This document shows positions 48,910 through 61,948 of a stretch of 64,000 nt of DNA, piece by piece. Source of the DNA: Antedon mediterranea. Lineage: Eukaryota; Animalia; Echinodermata. The translations under genes and the position numbers were made by a program. The stretch is taken from the NCBI RefSeq assembly GCF_964355755.1, contig NC_092673.1, forward strand, positions 2,666,001-2,730,000. Direction: 5' to 3'. The notes under the pieces were generated by a model. That model was not told the origin of the DNA, did no database searches, and saw only the letters and a program-made list of their open reading frames with translations. How positions within the stretch are numbered: position 1 is the first letter of the stretch; every line of letters begins with the position of its first letter.

Positions 48910-51900
48910 ATGAGCAGACCAAACGGTCATTCTAACAATATGCAACACTTGGACGACAAGCCTTACCATAAGAAATACCGCCGAGATGCGCCAAACAGAA
49001 TCTTTGTCAACAGAAGCTTGAGCTTGGATAAGATTAAATTCTTCGGATTTGATTTAGACTATACTCTTGCAGGTAAAAGAATTTAAACTAATAAATAAGA
49101 TTAAATATTTATTATATCAAAAAATTATTAACACTTGTTTGTTTTTTTTTTTAAACTTGCTATTTTATAGTACTGTAATTCTCAAGATTAACTTTTTCAA
49201 TTTGAATTAAAATTCATTAATTAAATGTCACTTTATGTATTGGAATGAAAATTGTAAATTCCATAAATCATTAATGAGTACATGTTTAAAGTTTATTAAT
49301 TTTTAAGCATTGAAGTGAGTGGTGATATTAGCGAGCAGATGAAAGTCAACTTTTTTGAAAATGTTCAAATTAATTTCATTTATTCATCAGTGGAAAATTA
49401 CTTTCATATATTGTCATTTGCATATAACATAGAAATTATGTTTGCTCTGAGATACAAACAAACAATTACAAAGTGTCACATCACTCTTGTGCGGTATACT
49501 GACAAGCATTCAATGCACGAATGGCAGCTGGATAAAAGGTGTTACAAAACCTATTTGTATGAGATGATGGACATTAAGTGCAAGACCAGTTTTAAAACTT
49601 TTTTTTTTCAGTTTACAAATCACCACAATATGAACAAATGGGCTTTGATCTTGTTGTCAAACGACTCATATCGATTGGTTATCCCCAAGAACTAGAGGGA
49701 TTCCAGTACGATCCATCATTCCCTACTAGAGGCCTTATCTTTGACAAAAAGTATGGCAACCTTCTAAAGGTAAGATAAGGTTTTTAAATAATTAAAAGTT
49801 GACAATATTTTGTGGTTAGCCATGGAGAAACTTCTCCATGGTGAGTAAACAAAGTCACAAAGTATTTACATATTCTTTTGCAATATCATGGTCCAGTCCA
49901 TGGTAATACTTAATACAGTACTACTGTATGAAGGTCAATGAGCAAATTAATGAAACTAATTAATAACAAAATTAAACTGAGGTCAGGTGGTAAAATAAAT
50001 GAATATTAAATAATAATTATTTCTGGGAAATTATATTTCTTTATACCTCATTTTTTATCATGCTAACTGCCTCATTACACAACCTGTGTTATTGGTATAA
50101 GTACTCTGGGCGTTGATTTCTGTTCTGATGATGAGAATAGTATTCTCGAAACATGTCACAGTATTTTAAGGCAGTTTGCCTATTTATCAAATGACTCACA
50201 ATCTTGATTTTAACTTGAATGTTTGGTGGTAATGGTATATATGATATTTCTTTATAAAATGTCAAACTCATCTTTTGAACGATCTGCAAATATGCAAGAA
50301 CTTTGCACCTGTGAGATAAATGAGATATTAACTACAGCATATTATCTAAGATTGTATGCCTTTCATTTTTGCACACTCCAACATTTGGATTATCACTATT
50401 ATGCAGTGGAATCTTTCATAATTTTTTTGTTATATAATCTACAGTTAGTTGTATTCCAGTATTGTCCCTGACAGGGACAGACGAACAAACATACATTTAT
50501 TGCAACCCTCACATATTTTTATTTCAAAATGCAGATAACTTTTAACATATTTTATATTGATAACTAATAATGTAAAGTTTCAAGAGAAAGAGATTTTTAT
50601 TTTTTTCAGTATCACGGCACCCACTCATGATCATCAATTGTTTTTATTGCAATTTTTCCATACACTGAATATACTATAGAAATGCAGAATGCTCTACCCC
50701 TCTCCTCTCCACCAGCTAACGTTGTATTGCCATTTAAACAGGTGGTCCTCTGAGTGTGTTTCAATAATAGGGAGGTTTCGCAACCTTACGAATACGATAA
50801 CGAAAACGGATACGTCATACATTTGTGAAACTTTTGAGCTGATCCCCATTTCATATTCGTAAAGCGTATTCGTGTTGACGAATATCACCAGTCATATTCG
50901 TAACTACAAAACGAGTATAGTTTTTGATCTATTTTGCACATTTTGCATTTGAATTAGGAATGATTCATGATTATAATATAATTATATATTTATTGAAAGT
51001 AATTTACTAAAGTAATTTACTAAAATTCCAGGTCAATTTAGATAAATAGCAGTTTTTAAAGTCCTCACTCGCTTTGATGTTACGCTAGGCCTAGGCAGCC
51101 AAGCACCAAGCTACACATACCTGCGCTTCGCTCAAATTTACCGCAGTCATATTTTGGACGCGCCTCAATATTTCGTTGCCATGCGAAACAGATTTTTTTA
51201 TGGCTTACGAAAACGAATACGTGTGCGTGACGTATCCGTTTTCGTTATCGTATTCGTAAGATTGCGAAACCTCTCTATTAGCTATGAAGTGTTAGCATCT
51301 TAAGCTTCCTTAAAACTTTATGTGACAAAAAAAATGTAATGTGCCCATATATGGACATGGTGATGTCATATCACTACCATATTTAAGCATATCACTACCG
51401 TATTTGGGCACATCACACTTTTTTGTCAAACTAGTTTGATAGTGTAGTGCTGTTGCATCCTTATTTGCTACAATACTGTGTTTGTTCTTATCTCAATGAC
51501 CTCTTCAACATATATCCCCACCTGTCAGTATCATGACATTCTAAAGTTGAGACTGAAGACTTAATATTGTTAACTCATCGTCAGAATGACTAAAAAACTA
51601 TTTTAAAAATATCTAGTACCATTACGTATTGAAATAATTTTGTTTTTCAGATTGATACATATGGTTACATACTAGTTTGTGTGCATGGTTTTAAGTTCAT
51701 CTCTTCACACGCTCTCAATGAGTCTTACCCAAATAAATTCATATCATTATCAAAAGAGCCATCTCGATTCTATGTGCTCAACACCTTGTTCAATCTACCA
51801 GGTAAGTTTTATTAAATTTGTTTTAGTTTTTATATAATTATGTTGGCCGTGTCTTCCACCCAGTCTAAAGCTCTGTCCACACTATCAAACAAGTTTGACA

Positions 51901-54900
51901 AAAAAAGTTTGATGTACCCAAGCAAAGAGATGACAGAACAGTATAGCTTTATAGCTTTATTTGAACTAACACTACCTGGAAGACTTCTCTAGCTACAGTG
52001 CATCTCTGGGGTCTAAATAACAACCCCAAATCTTTATTTTATGGACGTTTAAAAAAAAAAAAATCTCTGATTCACCATATTTCTTTCATCGATTCTCTTA
52101 TATTTTTTATGAGAATTTAAAATTATTATGATTCATGATCCATATATCAACATTTTTTAGTTGACAAGGCTATGCTAATTTTTGTTAAGCTTACATTCCC
52201 ATAAAGATAGTGCAATAGTACAATAGTTCACCATTCACAATTAGACCAGATTAGCCTATATAATGCAGTTCACTTGACTATCTAGTCATGCATTATATTA
52301 TCTTTGTGTCTAATAATAATATTCTGTGTTCATGTGTCTAGTGAATTTGTAATAAAATAGAATAGACAATATGCCTGATCATTCTTATTTGCCATGTAAA
52401 CAGTTATTACCTTCAAGTACTTTAGACAGTTAACCAGCTTACTAGAAATAAAAGACCTTAGCACAAACCAAACTACTCTTTGGCTCCTATCCTAAACATT
52501 TTTTAACTCCTAAAACAAAGTAAAACTCTTTGCACAGATCAACTGTCATAACCAATACAAAATGTCAGAAAGTGTCATACATAACAAGAAACAAATATAG
52601 TGGCTTGTGATAAGTCGAAAAGTTTTAAAACTTTAAACTTAAAATTGTTTTTCTAATTTATTCATCCATAATTTCCTCTTCCAGAAACTTATTTGTTGGC
52701 TTGTTTAGTGGATTTCTTTAGTAATTCTCAGGATTACCAGTTGATGCCAAAAGGGGTGAAGAATGGCGACCTCTATATGTCATGGGAAAGTGTCTTCCAA
52801 GATGTTCGAAGCGCTGTTAACTGGATTCACGATAAGGTTTGCATGTCAAAAGAAACATATGTTTAATACTATAAATGTTTATGTTAAATATAAAACCCAG
52901 TCTAGTGACATATTCATAAATCTTGAATGTAAAAGCCAGGGTAGTGCCCATCACTTGAGAATAAAAGCCCAGGGTAGTGCCCATCACTTGAACGTAAAAG
53001 TTCAGGGTAGTGCCTAACACTTGAAAATAAAAGCCCAGGATAGAGCCTAACACTTGAAAGTAAAAGTCCAGCGTAGTGCCCATCATTGGAACATAAAAGC
53101 CCAGGGTAGTGCCTAACTCTTGAACATAAAATCCCAGGGTAGTGCCCATCACTTGAACATAAAAGCCCAGGGTAGTGCCCATCACTTGAACATAAAAGCC
53201 CAGGGTAGTGCCTGTCACTTGAACATAAAAGCCCAGGGTAGTGCCCGTCACTTGAACATAAAAGCCCAGGGTAGTGCCTGCCCCTTGAACATAAAAGCCC
53301 AGGGTAGTGCCCGTCACTTGAACATAAAAGCCCAGGGTAGTGCCCGTCACTTGAACATAAAAGCCCAGGGTAGTGCCCGTCACTTGAACATAAAAGCCCA
53401 GGGTAGTGATTGAATGTGCATATTTTTCTCTTCATCAGGGTGCCTTGAAGAACAAAACAGTAGAAAATGTTGAAGAATATGTAATTAAAGATCCTCAACT
53501 GCCTGTGCTATTACAAAGGTAAACCCATTGTGTACTGTATCATTAGATTTAATGAGTTGTTTACATTACACGCAAACTGCAGCTCCTCCTTACTACATTG
53601 CTGTAGCACAGCTGTCCTGAACATTTTATTTTTATAGAGTTATACCCCTTTCACACCAAAAGCAAAACTCCGGAGACACCCCGGAGTTGACGTCCCGCTG
53701 TTTGGTGTGAAAGGTAAAATCAAGCAACTCCGGAGTTTAAAACTGCGGGGTTGAACAGCTGAACATTCTCCGGAGAGCGAACTGCGGGGACACCCCGGTG
53801 TTTTGGTGTGAAAGGTACCAACATCAAACTCCGGAGTGTTTCGGGTCAAAAGGTCATCCTCACACGATCACTCATTGCTTTAGTTTTATTTCAAAATACT
53901 TTAAATATTTGTACAAAATATATAGCGGGTTTAAAAAATAATTAGTAGTATCAATAAAACATTATATTACTTCTGAGACTTTTGAAAGTAATTATTAAAT
54001 TAAAAATATTGTTAATTAAAATTATTCTAATGATCGTCGCTATGTAAACAAACAAAATAGAGGGCGACATTTACAATTTTATTTTATAAACCCCGGTGTT
54101 GCTAGGTTGGTGTGAAAGGGGTATCTCCGGAGTTTCTCGACGTTTCGAATGGTCATAAACCCCGGGGTGTCTCCGGAGACACTCCGGAGTTTTGGTGTGA
54201 AAGGGGTATTAGTAAAGCAACAAAAACAAAGGCTAATAAGCTAATTTTAATGTCTAATTTGTCAATGGTCAATAACAGGAAAGTGAATTGACCAAATGGC
54301 CTGTTACCTTGTGTGTATATATGATGGTGGTAGGTCATGGTTATGTGTTTGATACATTGTACTATTAATAAAGACGTTGACAGCTCCACCAAGTCCTTTA
54401 GGTACAGGGTCATTACTCTTTTACTTTATATATGTCGGGAAATGGCTATTTTAGTCCTGATGGTCCTGATGATGTTTCAAAAAGCTATTGGTGACATACT
54501 TGCACTTTTTAGTTTGTAAAGTTAAACTTGTGTTTCTGTTTTCTATACAAAAATTAAGGTGAACAACTTCATTGAAATTTTTAAGTGTCTATTTTAGCAT
54601 AAACACTGCCTTTGAAATGCTTTCTTTACCCTTATCATTTGGTATTGTATTATCCTAGAGAAATAAATATAAACTAATTTATCCATTGTACTATCAAATC
54701 TAAAGCCTTGTCTACACTATCAAACTTTATGTGACAAAAAAATGTGATGTGCCCATATATGGACATGATGATGTCATATCACTACCATATTTGGGCATAT
54801 TACTACCATATTTGGGCATGACACACTTGTCAAACTATTGATAGTGTAGACAGAGCTTTAGACACATTCAATTATATTAGGTTTATAGGATTCACGTATC

Positions 54901-57900
54901 ATTGGATATTTTGACAGGCGATTTCCTTGTTTTCTTGTATAAAAAGTTCATTGTCCTAAAGTAGTCTGTCACAAATGATGGTTTTTCAATTAGTCATTCT
55001 CTTTGTCTTGGGATATCTGTACAGATTTACTTTAAATGTATTCAATAATCTTGAGTTGAATATTTGGTGTGGTTATGATGCTTGGCCACCAGTCTATGGG
55101 TCCTGGATTCAAGTCTTGTCTTCCAATGACAAATTACAACTCCACTCCAAAAGACTTTGTTTATATAGAGCATCTGTGTATGTTTGTCTTGTGAATTTGC
55201 TTATGATTATCCTTGGCAATTTGCCTAAATATATAAAAACAAAACAATTTGCAATGGTTTCTATATTAATAGAATAAATAATGATAAATATTGACATTTA
55301 GTTACTAGTTTGTTGTTGCCTTTTTTCCAGAATGCAAGATCATGATCGCAAAGTGTTTTTAGTGACCAACAGTGATTATAATTACACCAAGGTATTATTT
55401 GTATTCATTTCTTATTCATAATAAAACGACTCGTCAATTATAGTAGTATTATATTATTATGTATCTATTATATGTAATCTATTCATATTGGATTTCTTTT
55501 CTTTTCAGAAAATTATGGAATATCTGTTTGATTTTCCTGGAGCAGTAAGTTTGTTTTCTTAAAAAATAAAACCGTAAAAAATTATTTTATATTTTGCATA
55601 TTGGTCAGTTTCAGTCTCAGTTCTGGAGTTTATTTCATGCTTAGCTTACCTGGATAAACCAACGAAGGCCTTTTTCCCATTAAGAGGAAAACAATTGAGA
55701 ACTAACAAAAACTCCAAGACAGTGATATAAAGAGTTAGCAATTTGCATGAAAACTGCTGAAATGTGCCAAAGAATTGTTCAATTTTGTTAAATTAAAGCT
55801 CTGTCTACACTATCAAACTAGTTTGACAAAGAAAGTGTGATGTGTACAAATATGGCAGTGATATGCTCAAATATGGTAGTGATATGGCATCATCATGTCT
55901 ATATTTGGGGACATCACTTTTTTTTTTCACATAAAGTTTAATATTTATTTTATTTCAGAAACAATGGTGGGAATACTTTGACGTGTGTATTGTAGATGCT
56001 AAGAAGCCACTTTTCTTTGGTGAAGGAACTATCTTACGACAGGTAGACATGGTGAGTAACACAAAAAAACCACATGTAAATTACACATTTTATTCTTTAT
56101 CAGACACACCAATTCACAGTCAATTGGTTGATTTACATTCAACTCTCCCAATACCAGACTATCTGGAAAATTCTGAAACTCTCCTAAAACCAGACTTCCA
56201 AATTTCTCGTTGCCATTAAAAACACATTCTGAATACCAGATTTCCAGAAAACCAGACATATTAGGCCAGCTCAAAGGTGTCCTGTACTGGGAGAGTTGAT
56301 TGTATAATACAAAACTTAATGTCAAATAAATCAAAAGGTAAAATACGTCATTCAGATATTTGATGTTTGAGAGTTATTTAATCGAGGGCTCACCTTCCTT
56401 TTAGGAAACTGGTGCTCTGAAGATTGGAAGCCACATTGGTCCGTTCCTGAAAGGTCAGGTATATTCTGGAGGTTCATCTGAAGTTTTCTGCGAGCTTTTT
56501 GGGGTCAAAGGTAACGATGTTCTTTACGTCGGTGATCACATCTTTGGCGATATTCTGCGCTCAAAGAAAGAACGAGGATGGAGAACGTTTTTGGTTGTAC
56601 CAGAATTATCGCAGGAACTTCATGTGTGGACTGACAAACGAAGTAAGTGTGAAAAAATTTGAAAACACACCAGTGATACCTAAATGGCCAAGCAAACATG
56701 TAAAATTAAACTATTTCCTCATTTTAGGTTCTGTCTACACTATCAAACTAGTTTGATGTGCCCAAATATGGTAGTGATATGACATCATCATGTCCATATA
56801 TGGGCACATCACATTTTGTTGTCAAATAAAGTCTGATAGTGTAGAAAGACCTGTAGAAAGGCTCATAATACCGTAGTGCATTAATATAATCAAAATGTAC
56901 CTTAATTTTCAGGTCTCTTTGAAAACTTGGAAAGGTTAGATGTTGCTTTGGCGGATATGTACAAGTAAGAATAGAATTCATTTATATTCTGAGATCATTG
57001 TTTGTGAACCTCTGATATTATTTTTTGGAATGATCAGCAAAATAAACAATAAATTTATACAAAATATTGCTCTGCGTGCATGCGAAAAGTCCAGTATACA
57101 TAGTTCAGTTGGGGGCTAAACTTTTTACTAGTCATATGGAGTCATTACCATTAATGATCTTATTTTATTATGTGATGTACCTGCCATACTGTATGAGAAA
57201 TTAAAACTAAACATGCTTTGTTTCATTTATGTAGAAACCTGGATAGTAGTACAGACAGAACACCTGACATTAGTCATATCAAAAGTTCAATACAGGTACT
57301 GTATGATGGCATTCTATTCATAAAACAATTAGTAAGATAACTAAATAATTTCTTTCTATGTATGTTATCGTATTAGCTTTCTGCTTTATTTAAAAAATAT
57401 TTCTTAAACCTTATTTAAAGAGGATAATCCTAAACAGCATATACTGACAATCAAAGATCCCTCATACAAACATAAAACAAACATAATTATATAAACAAAA
57501 AACAAAGGACTATATTTAAAATATATATATATACTATACAACTAAAAAAAAAATACAATACACTGTAAAAAACGTAGTAATTTTTCTTTCAGCATCAAAT
57601 ATTTTTTTAAACAGACTTAAAAATAATTTATTAACACTGTCTCAGTTTGGAGGTTAGCATATTCAGATAGGTTGGTGCTCCGTAAATAAAACTGCTTATT
57701 TTATTTGTACCTCCATTTAGAATGTAGTACATGAGATGGACATGTGTCACGGCAAACTAGGCAGCCTTTTCAGAAGCGGTAAGTTAATCTTTTTAGTTAA
57801 CTAAATGCTAATAAATAATACAGTAAAACTTAATAATAATATTAATGGTAGTCTTATATAGTGCCTAATACACTGCTTCGTTCTCCAGCACTCACTCAGT

Positions 57901-58770
57901 CCTCCAGGTCCCATATGATGGGCTACAGCCTGACGGTAAAAACTGATGAAGAGACTTACAATGACCTAGCTTATTTAGAGTACAACGAGTATACCCCATT
58001 TTGTTTTCTATGAAAGAACTATGTTTTGTTGATCCTAGCAGCCAAAAACTGATTTTTAAATGTTTCTTTAGGTTCCCGTCAGACCTTCTTTGCCAGCCAA
58101 GTGCTACGATACGCTGACCTTTACTCCGGAACGTTCTTGAATTTCTTACATTACCCTTTTAGCTATCTTTTTAGAGCTCCTCATCAACTGGTAAGTTAAA
58201 TTTTTCTTTCTTCATAATTAAATAATAAAAAAACCTTAAACTCTGTCTACACCATCAAACTTTATGCGACAAAAAAATGTGATGTGCCCATATTTGGACA
58301 TGATGATGTCACATCACTAACATATTTGGGCATATCACTACCATATTCAAGCACATCGCACTTTTTTTTGTCAAACTTTGATAGTGTAGACAGCGCTTAA
58401 ACTAACCATCTATACACCTTTGTATTGGTCGATTGTTTGCAAGCCAATTTTCTGATGGAAAAATTACTATTCTACTTTAGTATATACTAGAGCAGAGAAT
58501 CATATTTCTACTGTGTAAAATTAACTAACTGGATTTTGCTTTCTTTAGATGCCTCACGAATCAACGGTCGAACACACAGACGTATTCATGGAATCGATGA
58601 TGTCACCAGGAACGTCGCGTAAACGAACACTTAAAGAAATTGGCAAAACTCCAGAGAGAGAAAACAGGCTTGGCACACACCGAGCAGCTACTGTTTCCGG
58701 GCCGTTGTATGTCCGACCTCTGACCCCACCACACATTACACATGTCCATGATGAAGATGATGAAGAATAA
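48910..58770 (+). CDS. NT5C2: Cytosolic purine 5'-nucleotidase (cN-II, HAD superfamily), 547 aa, 14 coding exons
   Basis: Exons 48910-49072, 49612-49769, 51651-51801, 52685-52836, 53439-53518, 55331-55391, 55509-55544, 55959-56051, 56405-56642, 56913-56964, 57235-57295, 57721-57778, 58072-58190 and 58549-58770; GT-AG with consistent phases, 1644 nt. Motifs [18 protein letters not shown] (HAD I), FLVTNS (II), DAKKPLFF (III), [10 protein letters not shown] (IV), [26 protein letters not shown] and acidic tail HDEDDEE. Confidence 0.96.
50769..51276. mobile_element. Non-autonomous DNA element with ~50-bp TIRs (Harbinger/ISL2EU-like)
   Basis: at|agggaggtttcgcaaccttacgaatacgataacgaaaacggatacgtca...tgacgtatccgttttcgttatcgtattcgtaagattgcgaaacctctct|at. 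Confidence 0.85.
51303..51447. mobile_element. MITE family A copy
   Basis: Family core aaactttatgtgacaaaa...gtcaaactagtttgatagtgtag. Confidence 0.75.
52922..53408. repeat. 33-bp minisatellite (~15 copies) in NT5C2 intron 4
   Basis: Unit cacttgaacataaaagcccagggtagtgcccrt; it explains the spurious 11-aa-period ORFs on both strands. Confidence 0.96.
53643..54208. mobile_element. Non-autonomous PIF/Harbinger element
   Basis: tta|tacccctttcacaccaaaa...ttttggtgtgaaaggggta|tta; subterminal ggtgtgaaagg and ctccggag repeats. Confidence 0.88.
54704..54857. mobile_element. MITE family A copy (close to consensus)
   Basis: agccttgtctacactatcaaactttatgtgac...ttgatagtgtagacagagct. Confidence 0.85.
55797..55940. 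mobile_element. MITE family A copy, right end lost, abutting the NT5C2 exon 8 acceptor
   Basis: agctctgtctacactatcaaactagtttgac...cacataaagttt. Confidence 0.75.
56136..56302. mobile_element. Tc1/mariner-type MITE, second copy of 36345-36530
   Basis: cattcaactctcccaataccagac...gtactgggagagttgattg, with shared ccattaaaaacacattctgaataccaga. Confidence 0.8.
56727..56846. mobile_element. MITE family A copy
   Basis: tctgtctacactatcaaactag...tgatagtgtaga. Confidence 0.75.
58238..58397. mobile_element. MITE family A copy
   Basis: ctctgtctacaccatcaaact...tttgatagtgtagacagcgct. Confidence 0.8.
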
Positions 58771-59631
58771 AGATGGCATGATGGCTGTTACTGTCATAGA
58801 AAAAAAAAATGAAAAAAAAAACCAACATTTTAACTCACATTTTGCAATATTGAATTTATTCATTTTAGATACTAAGTCTCTTTGTAGAGACTGCTCTGTG
58901 ACCAGAATGATCTCAACATATAGGTGTGCCTTTCTATTTAGGGACCACACCTCATAAAGTGGTCTTTAATTAAAGGTAACTCTGATTTAACAAAAAAACT
59001 AAAACTTAACACAAGGTATTATTGGAAGATGCTAATTTTACTCATTGTAAAGTGAAACCAAACTAACTGTACATAGATACAAAAAGGGTATGGCGTACCA
59101 TACCTCATTTTTTGTTTGTTTTTTATGTACAGTATTAAAATAATAATAATAATGAAAATCAGGTATATCTATAATTTATCTTCATTTCAGTAGATTAGTA
59201 AATGTTTTTCATCAAATTTTGTCTTTCAGAAAAAAGACAATTTTATGAAAACATCATTTATAATATACTAGATTATAATTATATACTAGATTAGCTAATA
59301 TTATTTAATCATTTTAATTAATGTAGACTTTAAAATTAACACTTTTAACAGATAACCAATATTTTATTTTAGGGAAAGGCCTAATGTTTTTAATATGTTC
59401 AAGTACGACTACTTAATTTTTAAAGGACCAAAATATTAGAACAGGCAGGTTGAGAGTCGCAACAGAAGGGGGCGCTTTTTATTTGTAATGACCTAGAAAG
59501 TAGTTACTTCATGTTAATTTATTGTGGAGGAACATTTGGACAAGCTACCTTTTACACAATTCCTCGGCACAGTTTTGGCGTTTTTCTATCCCTAGCCCTA
59601 ACAGTTTAGGACACAACTTATATAAGTCCAA

Positions 59632-59791
59632 AGCTCTGTCTACACTATCGAACTAGTTTGACAAAAATTTGATGTGCCCATATATGGACATGATGATGTC
59701 ATATCACTACCATATGTGGGAATATCACTACCATGTTTGGGCACATCACACTTTTTTTGTGTCAAACTAGTTTGATAGTGTAGACAGAGCT
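59632..59791. mobile_element. MITE family A copy
   Basis: agctctgtctacactatcgaactagtttgac...gtcaaactagtttgatagtgtagacagagct. Confidence 0.85.
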
Positions 59792-60871
59792 TTATACCCA
59801 TACTGCCACTGAACTAGGTAGATTCAGGCCGCGATTTTAGAAAGTGGAAGAGGGGGGAGGTTGGCTTTATGGATTTCTTTTCTTTAGGAAGCTAATACTG
59901 TAGTAGTAGCACGACTGCATGTAATTTATCTCTTCCTTGCATCACTGCCATTCTAGCATACAGTCTCAAGTACCTCTTTCTGAAATGTGTGCTGAAGTAA
60001 CGATATGTGCTGCAAACCTATTTGACCTTTTATATTACTGTATAATCATAACATATGACATAGTTAAATTTATTGTACTAATTAAGACCAAACTGCTTTT
60101 TTGTTTGCAAATATTAATTGTCTTATAAATTGGGTACTGTATCATAATGTGTATCACAGTTAAGTTATATATACAACTTTAACTGTTTGTACTATATAGG
60201 CGAGGCTGCATGAATGTAATATTTAGTACAATACTAAAACAATTGGTTTATTTCAACTTATTGAAAAGTAAGCTAGGTTCAGGAGTATATGTAGTTAAAA
60301 GTCAATTTTAATTGAATTCTTAAAATTTGTCATCAAGCTAAACATATTCATAGCATATAATCCAAGTCATCACTAACTCAATTCTACAATGGTAAAACAA
60401 TTAAAATTGTTGTTTTTTTAAAATTTTATTGTACAATCCTACTTTTCGATTAAAGTTAGAGGAACAGAGTTAAGTTAATGTAATTACTGAAATGGTAATT
60501 ATTAAATAAACAAAAAATAGAAATAAAATGACTTGCATTGTTGCAATATAATGCGTTCATGCTTACAGAGTCTATGTTCTAGACCGAACTATTTTGGCAC
60601 ATATGGCTAAAAAATTAGGGGATCAGGACCGCCGTGACACCCCACCCCCTCCCCCACACTGGCTGCGTCTCTGAGAGACATTATACTCTACGCCTAATTT
60701 TCGACCAGATTAAACATAAAGGTAGTAGGTCATTTACCTTGCATCCTCGATAGTAACTCAATATAATTTGTTTCACTTTAAAAAATATATATTTGTTTAA
60801 CACATGGAATCGTTATTTATTCCTCCTTTTATTCCGAACTGCTAAATGCCAATTTACACAGACGGGTGGTA

Positions 60872-61255
60872 ACGCTTGGTTCCCACTAGCGACGCAACGT
60901 AACGTAACCTAAAGCGTGGTTCCCACTAGCGACGCAACGCAAGGACGTAAAGCAACGCAAGTGAATTGACCAATCACAAGCGATGGCTTATTCGCTTGTG
61001 ATTGCTAACTGTGTATCTCTACTAGCCTGACCTGACTAGGTGTAAACATTACGTCCTTGTGTTGCGTCGCTAGTGGGAACCAAGCTTTGCAACGTAAGAA
61101 AATGCCCTTCCAATAATTGTGCTTGCCGCCGCCCGCGTGAAATCAAACCTGCGATTTTTGCAGCACTATTGCGTCGTCGGTTCCCACTTGTGATTACGCA
61201 ATACATTACTTTGCGTCAATACGTCGCTGCGTTGCGTTCTAGTGGGAACCACGCT
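60872..61255. mobile_element. Family B MITE (60913-61086) nested in a related element with the same TIR
   Basis: Two consecutive left ends (gcttggttcccactagcgacgcaacg, gcgtggttcccactagcgacgcaacg) and two right ends (ctagtgggaaccaagct, ctagtgggaaccacgct). Confidence 0.82.
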
Positions 61256-61639
61256 TAAGTCTGTTTGCCAAACAAAGGCGACTGCGGGTTACAGTGAAAA
61301 CCGCGTAGCTTATGCCACATAGAACTCTATCTATCCTGAAATACCGCCCATCCTCCACTCTTCTTGTGTGTAGGCCTAAATACTAAATGGCTCATAAATG
61401 GTCATTAAAACAAGATTCTATATATTTTTTTGTTATTACCGTTATGCGATCCAGAAATTCATAATAGTAGCCTATAAGGCTTTCGTGTCCCTATGACAGT
61501 AATGTATTGCCATAAATGCCATGTCCGTTAAGTTCCAGCTGCCATAGCCATTAACTTTATTTGATAACTATTTTGAACACTTTAGTCACTGTTGATGTGG
61601 TGTTGATGACCGCGTCTCTACAATCGCGGGAAATATGGA

Positions 61640-61680
61640 TGATTTGATTGGTTACTCTACTCCTTCTCTGATTGGCACAG
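61640..61680. promoter_or_regulatory. Paired reverse CCAAT (NF-Y) boxes, putative promoter of the coiled-coil gene
   Basis: tgattggtt (~61645) and ctgattggc (~61669) in a CpG-containing patch about 270 bp upstream of the first coding exon. Confidence 0.4.
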
Positions 61681-61948
61681 AGTTTGCCCGAGTAAAAAGT
61701 GGTTTAATTAGCGGTAGATATACAGGATTCATTTTAAAATGACCATTAGGCCTAATAAAACGTTATGAATCGGTTAACGACATGTGTTCAATATTATTAT
61801 TATTATTATGCAATGCGCCCTCAATTTACCTCAAATTCTATAATCGTCACAGTAGTAAATATTGAATCACATGATTTTTTCACCGTAGCCTACCTACCTT
61901 ATAAAAACTGTGATTTTTAACATGGTTTTAGACGACAAACTTCTTATC

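Noticed and set aside
51535-51592. Second hammerhead-like motif on the minus strand (cattCTGACGAtgag...ctcaac..agaatg)
   Set aside because: The CUGANGA box and a possible stem I are present, but the GAAA box is missing. At most a dead relic.
52763-53498. Long repetitive ORFs (188, 194, 97 and 84 aa)
   Set aside because: They are translations of the 33-bp intronic minisatellite. NT5C2 splices cleanly around it.
57830-58050. CTGATGA at ~57943 as a hammerhead or C/D snoRNA
   Set aside because: No stem II/GAAA partner and no proper C/D box pairing. The segment looks more like an eroded SINE tail on the minus strand.
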